From: a virus
Lineage: Duplodnaviria; Caudoviricetes
Length of the DNA stretch: 38,059 nt
Strand: one strand, 5' to 3'
IMG/VR virus record: IMGVR_UViG_3300037790_000063
Location: 1-38,059 of that record
Shown here: positions 1-8,931 of the stretch, piece by piece
How positions within the stretch are numbered: position 1 is the first letter of the stretch
Layout: every line of letters begins with the position of its first letter
The notes under the pieces: model-generated
Database searches by the model: none
What the model saw: the letters and a program-made list of their open reading frames with translations, nothing else
What the model was told of the DNA's origin: nothing
Program-made: the position numbers and the translations under genes

Positions 1-208
1 TGGCCTTCTTTTTCTTCTTCTTCATCTTCGGCAGTTCGTTGGACACCTTGTTCTGATCAGCAAGGAGCATGATGCTGCGCTGGGAGACGCTCATCCGCTT
101 CCAGTCGAAAGGCATCCCGGGTGAAAACCGACGACCGTTGGCGATGAACGGGCGCGTTGCGTAAACGGGAAGATTGGGGTCGAAAACGTTCTTGATCTGT
201 CGGGGCAT
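1..208 (-). CDS. Small protein downstream of major capsid gene (3' end runs off the window)
   Basis: Manual translation: GGAG RBS then ATG at 208, MPRQIKNVFDPNLPVYATRPFIANGRRFSPGMPFDWKRM...KMKKKKKKA, open to the window edge. Confidence 0.7.
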   Translation of the reverse strand, partial: MPRQIKNVFDPNLPVYATRPFIANGRRFSPGMPFDWKRMSVSQRSIMLLADQNKVSNELPKMKKKKKKA

Positions 209-320
209 AGCGATCTCCACAGGGATTGTCTGTGCAGATGATAGCGGTACTTGACGAATCACACAATCCTATGGTTCATTGTTTGCACTCAACTAACAAC
301 CCGAACAAAAGGAACCCAAC

Positions 321-743
321 ATGTTCGCGAAGATGAAAGAAAAACTGGCAGGTGGCGCAAAGCGTATGCAAGGACGCACCGATCTTCTGGAAGCAATCTG
401 TGCAGCCTGTGCGCTTGTGGCTGCGGCCGACGGCGACGTTGACGACGCGGAACTCGAAGCGACGGTGAAAGCTGTCACCGCCAATGAAAACCTGCGGGTT
501 GCATTCAAACCGAATGAGATCGAAGCATGCATCGACAAGATGCTTCAGCGTGCAAGCGGTGGCCGTGTCGGTCGCATGAACTTGATGAAAGAACTCGACG
601 ACATTCCACAGGATGACGGCGAAATGGTCCTTCTTTCTGCTCTGGATATCGCCGAGGCCGATGGGAATATCGACGACGACGAGATGGTCGTGATCGAAAA
701 GATCGCTGGTAAGTTCGGACTCAAGGCGAGTACCTACCTCTGA
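321..743 (+). CDS. terB: TerB-family (tellurite resistance-like) protein
   Basis: AAAGGA RBS; motifs LEAICAACALVAAADGDVDDAE and ALDIAEADGNIDDDE typical of TerB. Confidence 0.85.
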   Translation: MFAKMKEKLAGGAKRMQGRTDLLEAICAACALVAAADGDVDDAELEATVKAVTANENLRVAFKPNEIEACIDKMLQRASGGRVGRMNLMKELDDIPQDDGEMVLLSALDIAEADGNIDDDEMVVIEKIAGKFGLKASTYL

Positions 744-901
744 TGCTTGATTGGTTTCGGTCTCACGCTCTGGCCTGGACCACCAGCGCGGCACTCACGT
801 TGACGCTCGCGCAAGTCGTCACACCTTCGTTCATGGATTGGGTTTTCGACTTTATCGTCGTCGGTCTGGTGTGGATGGCTGCTAAGTTGTCAGCCAAATA
901 A
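743..901 (+). CDS. Small membrane protein (52 aa) coupled to terB
   Basis: TGATG overlap with terB stop; MLDWFRSHALAWTTSAALTLTLAQVVTPSFMDWVFDFIVVGLVWMAAKLSAK has two hydrophobic stretches; below the ORF track cutoff. Confidence 0.65.
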   Translation: MLDWFRSHALAWTTSAALTLTLAQVVTPSFMDWVFDFIVVGLVWMAAKLSAK

Positions 902-931
902 AAAAAAGACCCGCCGTATTTGGCGGGTCTT
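900..931 (-). terminator. Intrinsic terminator after major capsid gene (possibly bidirectional)
   Basis: Stem AAGACCCGCC(906-915)/GGCGGGTCTT(922-931); A-run 900-907 is the U-tract on the minus strand. Confidence 0.85.
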
Positions 932-955
932 CCAGTTCTGAGTAAGGTATCCTGA

Positions 956-1957
956 TCAGGCTGCGATGCTGTCCCAGAAGTAACCCATTTCGGGAGCGAC
1001 AACCTTGTGGGTATAGGCGCTTTGCACCTCGATCCGCGTGGATTCCAGACGGTCTATATAGAACCGTTTGGTCGCGATGCCGAAAGCGTTCGACTGACCC
1101 ATGAAGCCGTTCCAGGAGAACGTGTAACCGGCCGAAGGCATCATCAGCGCCGGGGTCGGAGCGGCATAGCACAAGAGCGCGTTTTTACCACCGATGAAGC
1201 TGACAGATGCGGTCTGACCCTGTGCTGCCGTGTTTTGGACGGCCTCGGCGACAAGGATCCGTTCCAGGCCGAACAGTGCCGCAAGGGTTTGTTCGTTCAC
1301 CTTTGCCGGATTGCCGTTGCCGACACCGCCGGAATATTTCACCCGGTCAACGATGTCGGGGTGATCTTCCAGCGCATCCATCACGTGACGTTGCAACACC
1401 AGGGTGTTCGGACGACGACCAGTGCTTTCCAAAACAGCGGTTTTGGCTGCACGGATGTCACCGATGGGGTCACCGCTGGTTGTGTCAGACCACTTGATTG
1501 TTTCGCCGGTACCGGGAGACGACGCAACGCCGGAAACATCGGTACCCCAGACGCCGGTACCGAAGTAACTGGACATCCAGCTGGCCTCTTGCGAGATCAT
1601 CATGTCCTGCATGGCGAGCTCTGCGGCAACCCGTTCGGGGTCGACGACCGGATCGGCGTTCGCCATCAGTTGGTCGGAGACATCGTGGTGAATCGCGTGG
1701 ACGTCAGCATAATAGTTCGGCGTGTTGTCCACGGAGTAGTCGCGACCGGCGGATTCGGTATTCGGTGCCCGCTTTGCGGTCTCGCTGCGGAAGAAATCAC
1801 CGCGATCGAACACATAGTAGCGATCCGATTGTTTCATCACCGGAACGTTCGGGAAGACACGGGAGGCGACGAACGCATCCTGCGACTGGCGAAACGCGAC
1901 AGAGATGTTGGTGAGGGCCGTATCGACGTGGACCTGACCGGGGGTTGGTTTAGACAT
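956..1957 (-). CDS. Major capsid protein
   Basis: 333 aa; HVDTALTNISVAF N-terminus and GRRPNTLVL...LEDHPDIVDRVKY motif typical of phage MCPs; follows scaffold and cement genes. Confidence 0.9.
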   Translation of the reverse strand: MSKPTPGQVHVDTALTNISVAFRQSQDAFVASRVFPNVPVMKQSDRYYVFDRGDFFRSETAKRAPNTESAGRDYSVDNTPNYYADVHAIHHDVSDQLMANADPVVDPERVAAELAMQDMMISQEASWMSSYFGTGVWGTDVSGVASSPGTGETIKWSDTTSGDPIGDIRAAKTAVLESTGRRPNTLVLQRHVMDALEDHPDIVDRVKYSGGVGNGNPAKVNEQTLAALFGLERILVAEAVQNTAAQGQTASVSFIGGKNALLCYAAPTPALMMPSAGYTFSWNGFMGQSNAFGIATKRFYIDRLESTRIEVQSAYTHKVVAPEMGYFWDSIAA

Positions 1958-1974
1958 GTCTCAGTCCCTCCTTA

Positions 1975-2340
1975 TTACGCCGCGCCGCGCGGCTGGAACA
2001 GGATCGCGCAGATGTCGCCATCCGACGCGCCTTCGAGGGCGGTACCGAGGATCACATCCCCTGTTGCCGCCGTTACGGCTTCGCCAGCTGCGTCGGACGC
2101 AACCGCTGCACCAGCAGCAATGGTTCCGCCTGCGCTGACCATCGTGCGACCGCCGATTGCGACCTCGGCTGCACGACCGGCAGCAGCCGGATCGTTCTGC
2201 AGAACGCCGATCGCCGAGGCGCCGTCGCCGGTGGGATCAACCTGGCCATCGGACGACATGCTGACAAAGAAATACTGCTTCGTCGACAGGTCGGCACCGG
2301 CTTCAAGAGTGATGCATGTTACTGCTTCATCGCGTGCCAT
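1975..2340 (-). CDS. Capsid cement/decoration protein (DUF2190-like)
   Basis: 121 aa, Ala/Gly-rich; AIGVLQNDP...AGGTIAAGAAVASDAAG...LGTALEGA pattern; directly upstream of MCP. Confidence 0.8.
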   Translation of the reverse strand: MARDEAVTCITLEAGADLSTKQYFFVSMSSDGQVDPTGDGASAIGVLQNDPAAAGRAAEVAIGGRTMVSAGGTIAAGAAVASDAAGEAVTAATGDVILGTALEGASDGDICAILFQPRGAA

Positions 2341-2341
2341 A

Positions 2342-3067
2342 TCAGTTTGCCTCCTGACGTGCTTCCCGCATCAGGCGAGAGCCTTCTGCGGATTTGGTGA
2401 CTTCGGCGAAACCCTGTTCTTGGGTGACGCCATGCTCGGCGGCATAATCCGTTGCCATCTTGTTCAAACGGAAAGTGGCCGAAGATTCGTCGGACAGCGG
2501 ATTGTCGCCGAGTTCGGTCATCTGTTTCGCAATGGCTGCGTCGGCCGCCTTCAGCGATTTCATGATTTCTTCGTTGTCGCCGACGGCGGCAAGAAGTTCA
2601 CCTTTGGCCAGATCCGCACCGGGCAGGTTCGGAAGTTCGGTTTTGCCGCGCTTTTCGAGAATTGCGTTCTCGCCTGCCTTCTTCAGCGTCGCCAGGTCGG
2701 CAGCTTGTGCTTCAAGCTGCTTCAGGATCGGCGCCGGAACTGCGGATTTTTCGAACTTTTCGCCATTGATTTCGACGAATTCGGGTTCGGCCCGTTTAGT
2801 GAGAATGTGCTCGTCGGACACATCAAAACCGGCCTCATCGGCGGATTTCTTCAGTGCTTCAAGAGCGGTTTCAGAACCTTCGGCGCGTTTGGTCAGATCG
2901 GAGACCTGGCCTTCAAGCTCCTTCAGTTTTTTGGCGAGTTCTTGAGGGTCCATGTCGCCTCCTTTCGTGTTTGCTCGCTTGTGGAAAGTCATCTTTGCAT
3001 TCGGATCAGCCGGGATGTCGACTGCCGAAATTTCATCCAACTTGATGCCTTTGAGCTTTCGGGGCAT
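2342..3067 (-). CDS. Head scaffolding-like protein
   Basis: Coiled-coil, E/K-rich; N-terminal LDEISAVDIPAD motif; between protease and capsid genes. Confidence 0.7.
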   Translation of the reverse strand: MPRKLKGIKLDEISAVDIPADPNAKMTFHKRANTKGGDMDPQELAKKLKELEGQVSDLTKRAEGSETALEALKKSADEAGFDVSDEHILTKRAEPEFVEINGEKFEKSAVPAPILKQLEAQAADLATLKKAGENAILEKRGKTELPNLPGADLAKGELLAAVGDNEEIMKSLKAADAAIAKQMTELGDNPLSDESSATFRLNKMATDYAAEHGVTQEQGFAEVTKSAEGSRLMREARQEAN

Positions 3068-4686
3068 CAGTAATCCTCCGTGTCTGCGGCCTTACCGCCG
3101 ATTGAGAAGCCGGTGAACTTACCGGATTTCACCATCTCCCAGACCTTGTCGTCACGGACCTTATAACCAATGATCCAACCTTCGCGATCAGATTTGATAC
3201 CGAACGCCTTCATGAGTTCTGCGGTCAACGGCAGGGAATGAATGATGGTACCACGGTCTTCGCCAGCATGCATTGCTTTCCCTGATCGGGAGCCAAGCAT
3301 GAAGTCGTTGGCCATTTTTTCCATCTCGGCGGGTTCAATACTGTCACCCTGTGTGTCAGAGAGCAGTTCTCCGTTCTCAGTAGACACGTAGGCCCAGCCC
3401 CAGACGATGCGTTGTTCGTCGTCCAGTTTGAGAATTTTCGCCTCGTTGGCGGATTTATGAATTTCGGTGCTTCCCATGATGGTGCTGATAATCGCCGAAA
3501 TTCCCCGCTCAAGCAACCCTTTCTCTTGACATGGTTCATTTAAGAACTCGGATTGATTCGCCCCGGGCATAAAAACACGTTGATTTCCAGCCTCTGCAAT
3601 GTGAATCTCACCACCGAAACCGAGGTCCACGCTGCGCGCCTGAGCCTCCTGTGGCATAGAGAATGCATCGTCAGACACGGCGTACTTCTTCACTTGTCGT
3701 TGTGCCCAATTTACACCACTGTCTCCGCCCCATCCCAACCACGCAACGTAACCTGCATCTTTCCACGGTTCGTTTTTGTATTTCGGGTCAACCTCGGAAT
3801 TTTTACGATGGCGTGCAAACTGAGACATTCGTCCAACTGTTTCACGAGACAGTTTTTCGCCTGACGCAAGTTGGTTTGCTCTCGCCCATCCTACTTGCGT
3901 CATGCCCTTGACGTCGTCCCCGTGTTCCTTTTTCCACCGAAGCACTTTACGTGCGTTGTTTCGAGCAGATTCTGGCGGATCATATGATTCCGAGGACTTT
4001 GACAGGGAAACTTCCTCCAAATCATCCTGCCAGTCTTCGTCCAGGACTGACGCTTTCAATGCACCGAGGACAATATTGCCCATGAATGGTTCAATCGATT
4101 GAACGTCAAGATCAGAGGCATTCCAACTGATCGTAATGTGAGCCTTGTAGTCTGGCCAGCTGCTGGACGCACCCATAGACCGATACATGGCGTTCTCGGC
4201 GGAAAGCTCGGGACATTCAATTCGTAAAACAACCGCTTCACCTTCGTCACCAAGGCGTTCGACAGAACGATGCCCGCCGCGCACGACAACGTTATCCCAG
4301 CTGGCGGTACGACTGCCGATGCTTTCAGCAATCTCGGTGAGTTCCACGGAGAACGGATCTTTGCTGTAGACGACCGTGACATGCATGTCGTCAACGGGCA
4401 GGGCCGTAGTGAAACCTTGCTCGGCGGCCCATTCGTGGATCCGTTCGGCGTTCAAGACTTCACGCTTCAAATAGATCGGTTTGGCACCAGACGCTTTTTT
4501 GATCCACTTGCCGTCGTCGCCTTTGCTGTATCCAGCCCGGTCCAACGCCGCCCAGGCAGACGCAAAAGCCACGCTCTCGGATTCGCCTGCTTCGAGTTGA
4601 CTGTTGACGACATTTCGAAACATTTCCTGACCTTTGGCGCTCGGGATCAGGTCTTTCAGACGGTCAGGCAAGGTGTCGTACGGCAT
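3067..4686 (-). CDS. Multidomain head protein: ChaB-like + 2H phosphoesterase (Acb1-like) + unknown domain + XkdF-type prohead protease
   Basis: N-term MPYDTLP...AFASAWAAL...GKW (ChaB-like); two HxT motifs (MHVTVVYS, AHITISW); C-term QRIVWGWAY...DTQGD...AMH...GFSIGG (XkdF-like). Confidence 0.8.
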   Translation of the reverse strand: MPYDTLPDRLKDLIPSAKGQEMFRNVVNSQLEAGESESVAFASAWAALDRAGYSKGDDGKWIKKASGAKPIYLKREVLNAERIHEWAAEQGFTTALPVDDMHVTVVYSKDPFSVELTEIAESIGSRTASWDNVVVRGGHRSVERLGDEGEAVVLRIECPELSAENAMYRSMGASSSWPDYKAHITISWNASDLDVQSIEPFMGNIVLGALKASVLDEDWQDDLEEVSLSKSSESYDPPESARNNARKVLRWKKEHGDDVKGMTQVGWARANQLASGEKLSRETVGRMSQFARHRKNSEVDPKYKNEPWKDAGYVAWLGWGGDSGVNWAQRQVKKYAVSDDAFSMPQEAQARSVDLGFGGEIHIAEAGNQRVFMPGANQSEFLNEPCQEKGLLERGISAIISTIMGSTEIHKSANEAKILKLDDEQRIVWGWAYVSTENGELLSDTQGDSIEPAEMEKMANDFMLGSRSGKAMHAGEDRGTIIHSLPLTAELMKAFGIKSDREGWIIGYKVRDDKVWEMVKSGKFTGFSIGGKAADTEDY

Positions 4687-4868
4687 ATCGAGGTCTCACT
4701 TAAAAGGAAAACGCTGCGCTACAGATAGCACAGCGTCAACTTCAAGCGCAATGTTGGCTTACAGAGATGCGTCAGGGTGGGAACAAAAGACGGAGTGTGT
4801 TGATACATCGTTCGTCTTGCAGGAACATGGCGTCCTCCTGATCGGGGTGACACGTTCAGTTGATCACG

Positions 4869-5630
4869 TCACGAAGGTTGGATCAAGTCCTCAATCCAGC
4901 CGAGGGCCCCGGCGGCAGCACGTGATGTCTTGTCGTGGTTCACTGTGAATGCAACCCATTCGCCCTCATTTACGGGAAACGGTCCGATGTCACTCAGTTG
5001 ACCTGAGCCATCCTGGAGTACGATTGCACTGAGAGGGAAAAAATAACCCTGGTTCGCAAACGAATACCCGTTTGACTGCGTGGTTTGGATCTTGATGGTG
5101 ACCTGCGAGTTATTCGATCCGGAGACAGCCGATCCGTATATCGCATTGATCATCACTCTCTTTCCAGCAGGTACGCGATAAAGTGCCGCGTCGAACTGAA
5201 TGGAGCCAGCAGGTATCAACGCATAGGTCACGCCGCCATTGGTCATTGTAACCAACCCAGAAACCGGACCGCCGATACTGTACGCCTTATTGATTGCACG
5301 AATGTCGGTGGCCGCTGTCAGAACAGGTGTTGTCCCGGTGAGGGTGACGGTTTCAACCTGTTCGTTTAGGTTGCCGTCGAGATAGACGATATGAATGTCC
5401 TGCGTGTCCCCTGCGTCGGTCGACACTACGGTCAACTGAATACTGTCAGGTACGGTGAGCCCCGTCGGCATTCCTGTTTCCCAGATGATTGCGTCACTTT
5501 GATCGTTCCCGGTCAGGCTTATCTCACCGAACATGCTGAACGGTTTCGATCCAGGGACATCACCGCGAGCGATTGCTGCGTGGTTATTGGACCGCCACAG
5601 TCTATCTGGCCAGCCGCGCCCTCGGGTCAC
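4869..5630 (-). CDS. Hypothetical beta-rich, possibly virion-associated protein
   Basis: 253 aa; start overlaps the portal stop; T/G/V-rich. Confidence 0.7.
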   Translation of the reverse strand: MTRGRGWPDRLWRSNNHAAIARGDVPGSKPFSMFGEISLTGNDQSDAIIWETGMPTGLTVPDSIQLTVVSTDAGDTQDIHIVYLDGNLNEQVETVTLTGTTPVLTAATDIRAINKAYSIGGPVSGLVTMTNGGVTYALIPAGSIQFDAALYRVPAGKRVMINAIYGSAVSGSNNSQVTIKIQTTQSNGYSFANQGYFFPLSAIVLQDGSGQLSDIGPFPVNEGEWVAFTVNHDKTSRAAAGALGWIEDLIQPS

Positions 5631-6859
5631 TTCGAGTCTCCTGTTCTTGACGGCAAGCCGGCCACGTTTCGGGCGTGATCTTCGAGCGCGTCGTCCGGGA
5701 AGAGGTTGCCGCCCGCGAGCGACAAGCGTTGAATGAACTGACCGAGTTCTTCAATATCGATTGGCGCCACGTTACCAGCTTTGAATTTCGGCATTTCATC
5801 TGAGAAGCCGTTCAACTGCCACAGGTAGGGGACCAGTCGGCGGTTCAAGACACCGGCAATGATCCCGAGATAGCCTTCGAGTGCTTTCAGGAACAGGTCA
5901 GCCTTGGACTTCGACAGCGCAAAGGAACCGCGGTCGTTCGCACCGAGCATGACGAAGTCGGCCATGACAGACCGCGCCATGTCTTGCTGGTAGCGCAAGA
6001 TAACCGCCGATGTGTCAATATCTCGGGTACCCCTTGACGCGATCAGATCAAACTCAACGAGGTTTTTACTCGTCGGGTTGTTTTCGCCGTCCATGTAAGG
6101 GTCGGACGGGATAATGATATACCCTTGTTCGTTCCGTTTGACGTCGCGGGCGATTTGTTTGACCGAATTGAGGAACGCCTTCTGGTCCTCAGTAGCACTT
6201 TCGGACAGATACTCAGCCGGTACGCGAACGATTGGTAGGCCGTTCAGTTCACGTTCGATGCCGACGCCCTCGAAGTATTTGATGTTGTTTTGCGCACGCC
6301 ATGAAGTGTACGCACTCCGCAATACTGAGCGTCCGCTCGGCTCACCGTTGTTCGCCGTGGTCTTGAAGTGCAGCAGTTTACCGTAAGGAATGAACGCCTG
6401 ACGCCGGGTTGCGTTCTGATGGACACCGACAATATCATCGGTGTCATTGGTTTCGAACCGGTCGATGGTCCACTGTGCACGTGGTGCCAGTTTCTTCAAG
6501 CGAATGGTACCATCGGCGTCACGTCGCGGTACGATCTCGAAGATCGAGAAACCATACGGTAGGAATGACAAGACATCTGAGATGAACTCTTCCCACGTGG
6601 CGTTTTCCATGTTGTCCATGGTTTCACGAAGATAGGTTTTACCTGCGTCTGTACCACCCTCGATGCCCCAGGTTACCGAACGCAGCATCATGTCCATCGC
6701 CATCAGAATTGCGCCAATGACGGGATCATTTTCACGCATTTCGCGATACTTTTTGATACCCTGTGTCCCGCGTAACTGCAGGATGAATTCGTCCTGTCGG
6801 AGACCCCACGATGGGTCGTGGTCGGAAGAAACGCCGAGCTCTTTATAAGTTCGTGCCAT
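5627..6859 (-). CDS. Portal protein (DUF935-like)
   Basis: 410 aa; YREMRENDPVIGA, GRSVLRSAY, EGVGIERELNGLP, GSFALSKSK motifs; head-module position. Confidence 0.88.
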   Translation of the reverse strand: MARTYKELGVSSDHDPSWGLRQDEFILQLRGTQGIKKYREMRENDPVIGAILMAMDMMLRSVTWGIEGGTDAGKTYLRETMDNMENATWEEFISDVLSFLPYGFSIFEIVPRRDADGTIRLKKLAPRAQWTIDRFETNDTDDIVGVHQNATRRQAFIPYGKLLHFKTTANNGEPSGRSVLRSAYTSWRAQNNIKYFEGVGIERELNGLPIVRVPAEYLSESATEDQKAFLNSVKQIARDVKRNEQGYIIIPSDPYMDGENNPTSKNLVEFDLIASRGTRDIDTSAVILRYQQDMARSVMADFVMLGANDRGSFALSKSKADLFLKALEGYLGIIAGVLNRRLVPYLWQLNGFSDEMPKFKAGNVAPIDIEELGQFIQRLSLAGGNLFPDDALEDHARNVAGLPSRTGDSK

Positions 6860-6909
6860 GTGTCGAGATCCCTTGTGCTTGGGCGGATAGTACGACGGTC
6901 AAAGAATCA

Positions 6910-6948
6910 TTGCAAACGCGGACTTCAACAGGTAGTAAAGTTCTAACA
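6910..6948 (+). promoter_or_regulatory. Sigma70-like promoter with overlapping TAG-N7-CTAACA box
   Basis: TTGCAA-17 bp-TAGTAA, then CTAACA and AAGGAG RBS. Confidence 0.6.
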
Positions 6949-6963
6949 GAAGGAGAATCAGAT

Positions 6964-7131
6964 ATGGATTTAACGTCACTTTGGGTCGCCGCGAATGTTC
7001 ACTCTGCTACAATCATCGGGGAGTTCCTTTGCGACAACGAAATCAATAACGTCACCGGCGTCCCAGTTATGCCGGACGATCCAGATGAAGTCATTCGTCT
7101 CGTAACGGAATATCTGAGGGGTGCGGTGTGA
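6964..7131 (+). CDS. Hypothetical protein (55 aa)
   Basis: AAGGAG RBS upstream of ATG 6964; stop overlaps next start. Confidence 0.7.
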   Translation: MDLTSLWVAANVHSATIIGEFLCDNEINNVTGVPVMPDDPDEVIRLVTEYLRGAV

Positions 7132-7622
7132 TGAGGGGCCTCTCTTGGACGAAAACAAAAGGCGGTGCGTTTGAATGCGGACCTTACTTGCTCGCAGAAC
7201 GCATTGACGGCGGCTGGAACGCGACGGCACTGTTCGAGTTTAAAGGTGAACCGGATCCCGAAAACACCAGTGTAACTATTGAACTTGACTGCCCGACACT
7301 CGACGACGCTATTTCCGCTGCTGAAAAATTCCACCGGAATGTCACTACCGGCCTGTTCCGTCATGGACTCCTATCACATCAGGACGAAAGCGTCCTTGCT
7401 GCCCGTATGCTCATATGCCGTGAGTTCAAATGCGAATATCGTAATTACCGCGGAGAAATCGCGGTTCGTTGTATTTCACCACTAGGGGTCAGCCACGGGT
7501 CGACAGAATGGCATCCGAAGTCAGGTCTCATTCTCACCGGAGTCGACACGGAACGTAACGTCAATCGTGACTTTTGTGTCGCCGATTTCAACCCTGACAC
7601 ATTCGAAGTAATTAAAGAATGA
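7128..7622 (+). CDS. Protein with C-terminal WYL-like domain
   Basis: YRNYRGEIAVRCISP...GSTEWHP...GVDTERNVNRDF pattern of phage WYL-like domains. Confidence 0.6.
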   Translation: MMRGLSWTKTKGGAFECGPYLLAERIDGGWNATALFEFKGEPDPENTSVTIELDCPTLDDAISAAEKFHRNVTTGLFRHGLLSHQDESVLAARMLICREFKCEYRNYRGEIAVRCISPLGVSHGSTEWHPKSGLILTGVDTERNVNRDFCVADFNPDTFEVIKE

Positions 7623-8149
7623 CCGACAAGATCATCACACGGGAGCGCATCGTTGCGCTCAGCCACGTCAGTCATTGGCGTGGTTGGACGAAGCGTCCGT
7701 ACTCGGTTGGAGAACACACGGCTGTCGGGCTGCACGCCATGAATTGGTTCAAGCGACCTGTTGAACAGATGCGTCGGTGGTGCCTTCATGATATCCATGA
7801 GACTGAAGTTGTCGGTGATGTCCCAACGCCCGACAAGCGCGAGTATATGAACGAAAAATATTTCACCGCCGTCGAGGAATTTGATTTCCGTCTCGGGGTA
7901 GAAGCGGGATGTACTGACTTCTTCTGGTGGGAAGACCAGGGTGTAAAAGACGTCGACTGGAAGATCCTGTTGGTCGAAAACGATTTAATCAGGTTCGAAC
8001 CGAGTCCTTCTATTCCGTCGCCAGATTACAGTGACCCGTTCCAGCACCACATTCGCAACTGCATCCAGAGACAGACATTCGCGACTTCAGACCGTGTGAT
8101 CATCATGTGGAACAAGCTGGCGTATAGGTTCGGCTGGGACGAAATTTAA
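7619..8149 (+). CDS. HD-domain phosphohydrolase (YfbR-like)
   Basis: YSVGEH...LHDIHE...GDVPTP motif. Confidence 0.75.
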   Translation: MTDKIITRERIVALSHVSHWRGWTKRPYSVGEHTAVGLHAMNWFKRPVEQMRRWCLHDIHETEVVGDVPTPDKREYMNEKYFTAVEEFDFRLGVEAGCTDFFWWEDQGVKDVDWKILLVENDLIRFEPSPSIPSPDYSDPFQHHIRNCIQRQTFATSDRVIIMWNKLAYRFGWDEI

Positions 8150-8186
8150 GACACCCTCTTCCCCCGACACGCAGGGGGCGGGGGCA

Positions 8187-8507
8187 GTGATGGAGAGCAG
8201 AGAGGAAAATGAGATGAGTTTCAAAAACATCATGGCAGTAGCGGGGCTTGGTTTTGCGATGGCTGCGACGCCCGGCATTGGCCACAACATGGCGCCAGTA
8301 AGTACACTGCAGACCCCGACTGAAAACCGGGCAGTCCTTCCGCGTCGTATCGCGGACGAAAACCGCCGCAACCAAAAACTGAAACAGCGATTGCGCCGAA
8401 AGAAACGCATTGAACGCTTGCAGAAATATACGCGCTTCCAGCGGAAAGCACAGAAGTTCGGAGCAGATTATCGCCCCGGCAAGCTGTTCAAAGGCCATCG
8501 CATTTAG
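8187..8507 (+). CDS. Hypothetical basic protein (start may be 8214)
   Basis: ORF track; hydrophobic N-terminus followed by R/K-rich helix. Confidence 0.6.
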   Translation: MMESREENEMSFKNIMAVAGLGFAMAATPGIGHNMAPVSTLQTPTENRAVLPRRIADENRRNQKLKQRLRRKKRIERLQKYTRFQRKAQKFGADYRPGKLFKGHRI

Positions 8508-8516
8508 GAGAACACC

Positions 8517-8623
8517 ATGACTGACCTGAGCCTGACCGAACAGTACGCAACATTAGATGAGGCCAAAGCCGCAGCCAAGCCGACTATTCCGCGCGCATCC
8601 TCGCAGCGTTGGGGGTGAAGTGA
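8517..8623 (+). pseudogene. Short, apparently frameshifted gene
   Basis: AGGAG RBS; MTDLSLTEQYATLDEAKAAA continues in another frame as QADYSARILAALGVK*, whose TGA overlaps the next ATG. Confidence 0.5.
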
Positions 8624-8931
8624 TGGAAACCTGCGACAAAAACCTTCGACCGATCCGAGTTGGCGACGTTCTGAAAGTTTTCCACTTCACTGGCGCCCGC
8701 CGGAAAAAGCACTTCATGTATAAGCAGGTCACGCGCACTCAGTGGCTTGGCGGGTACGGCGGCAAACCGAAGGTGCTTTACTTCTTCGTCAGTCACCTGA
8801 GCCTAAAGCCAGAGAGTGTCGATGGTGATGGTGGTTACTGGCTCGGGATGCATGAAGGGAAACTCGAAGATTATGAAATAGTGCAGAGCGTTAAGTGCGA
8901 CCACGAAGAGCGTGAGAAGGTAGCAGCATGA
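8623..8931 (+). CDS. Conserved phage hypothetical protein
   Basis: METCDKNLRPIRVGDVLKVFHFTGARRKKHFMYKQV; stop overlaps next start. Confidence 0.7.
   Translation: METCDKNLRPIRVGDVLKVFHFTGARRKKHFMYKQVTRTQWLGGYGGKPKVLYFFVSHLSLKPESVDGDGGYWLGMHEGKLEDYEIVQSVKCDHEEREKVAA

Noticed and set aside
1007-3073. 688-aa plus-strand ORF
   Set aside because: Antisense shadow of the capsid, cement and scaffold genes; no recognisable motifs
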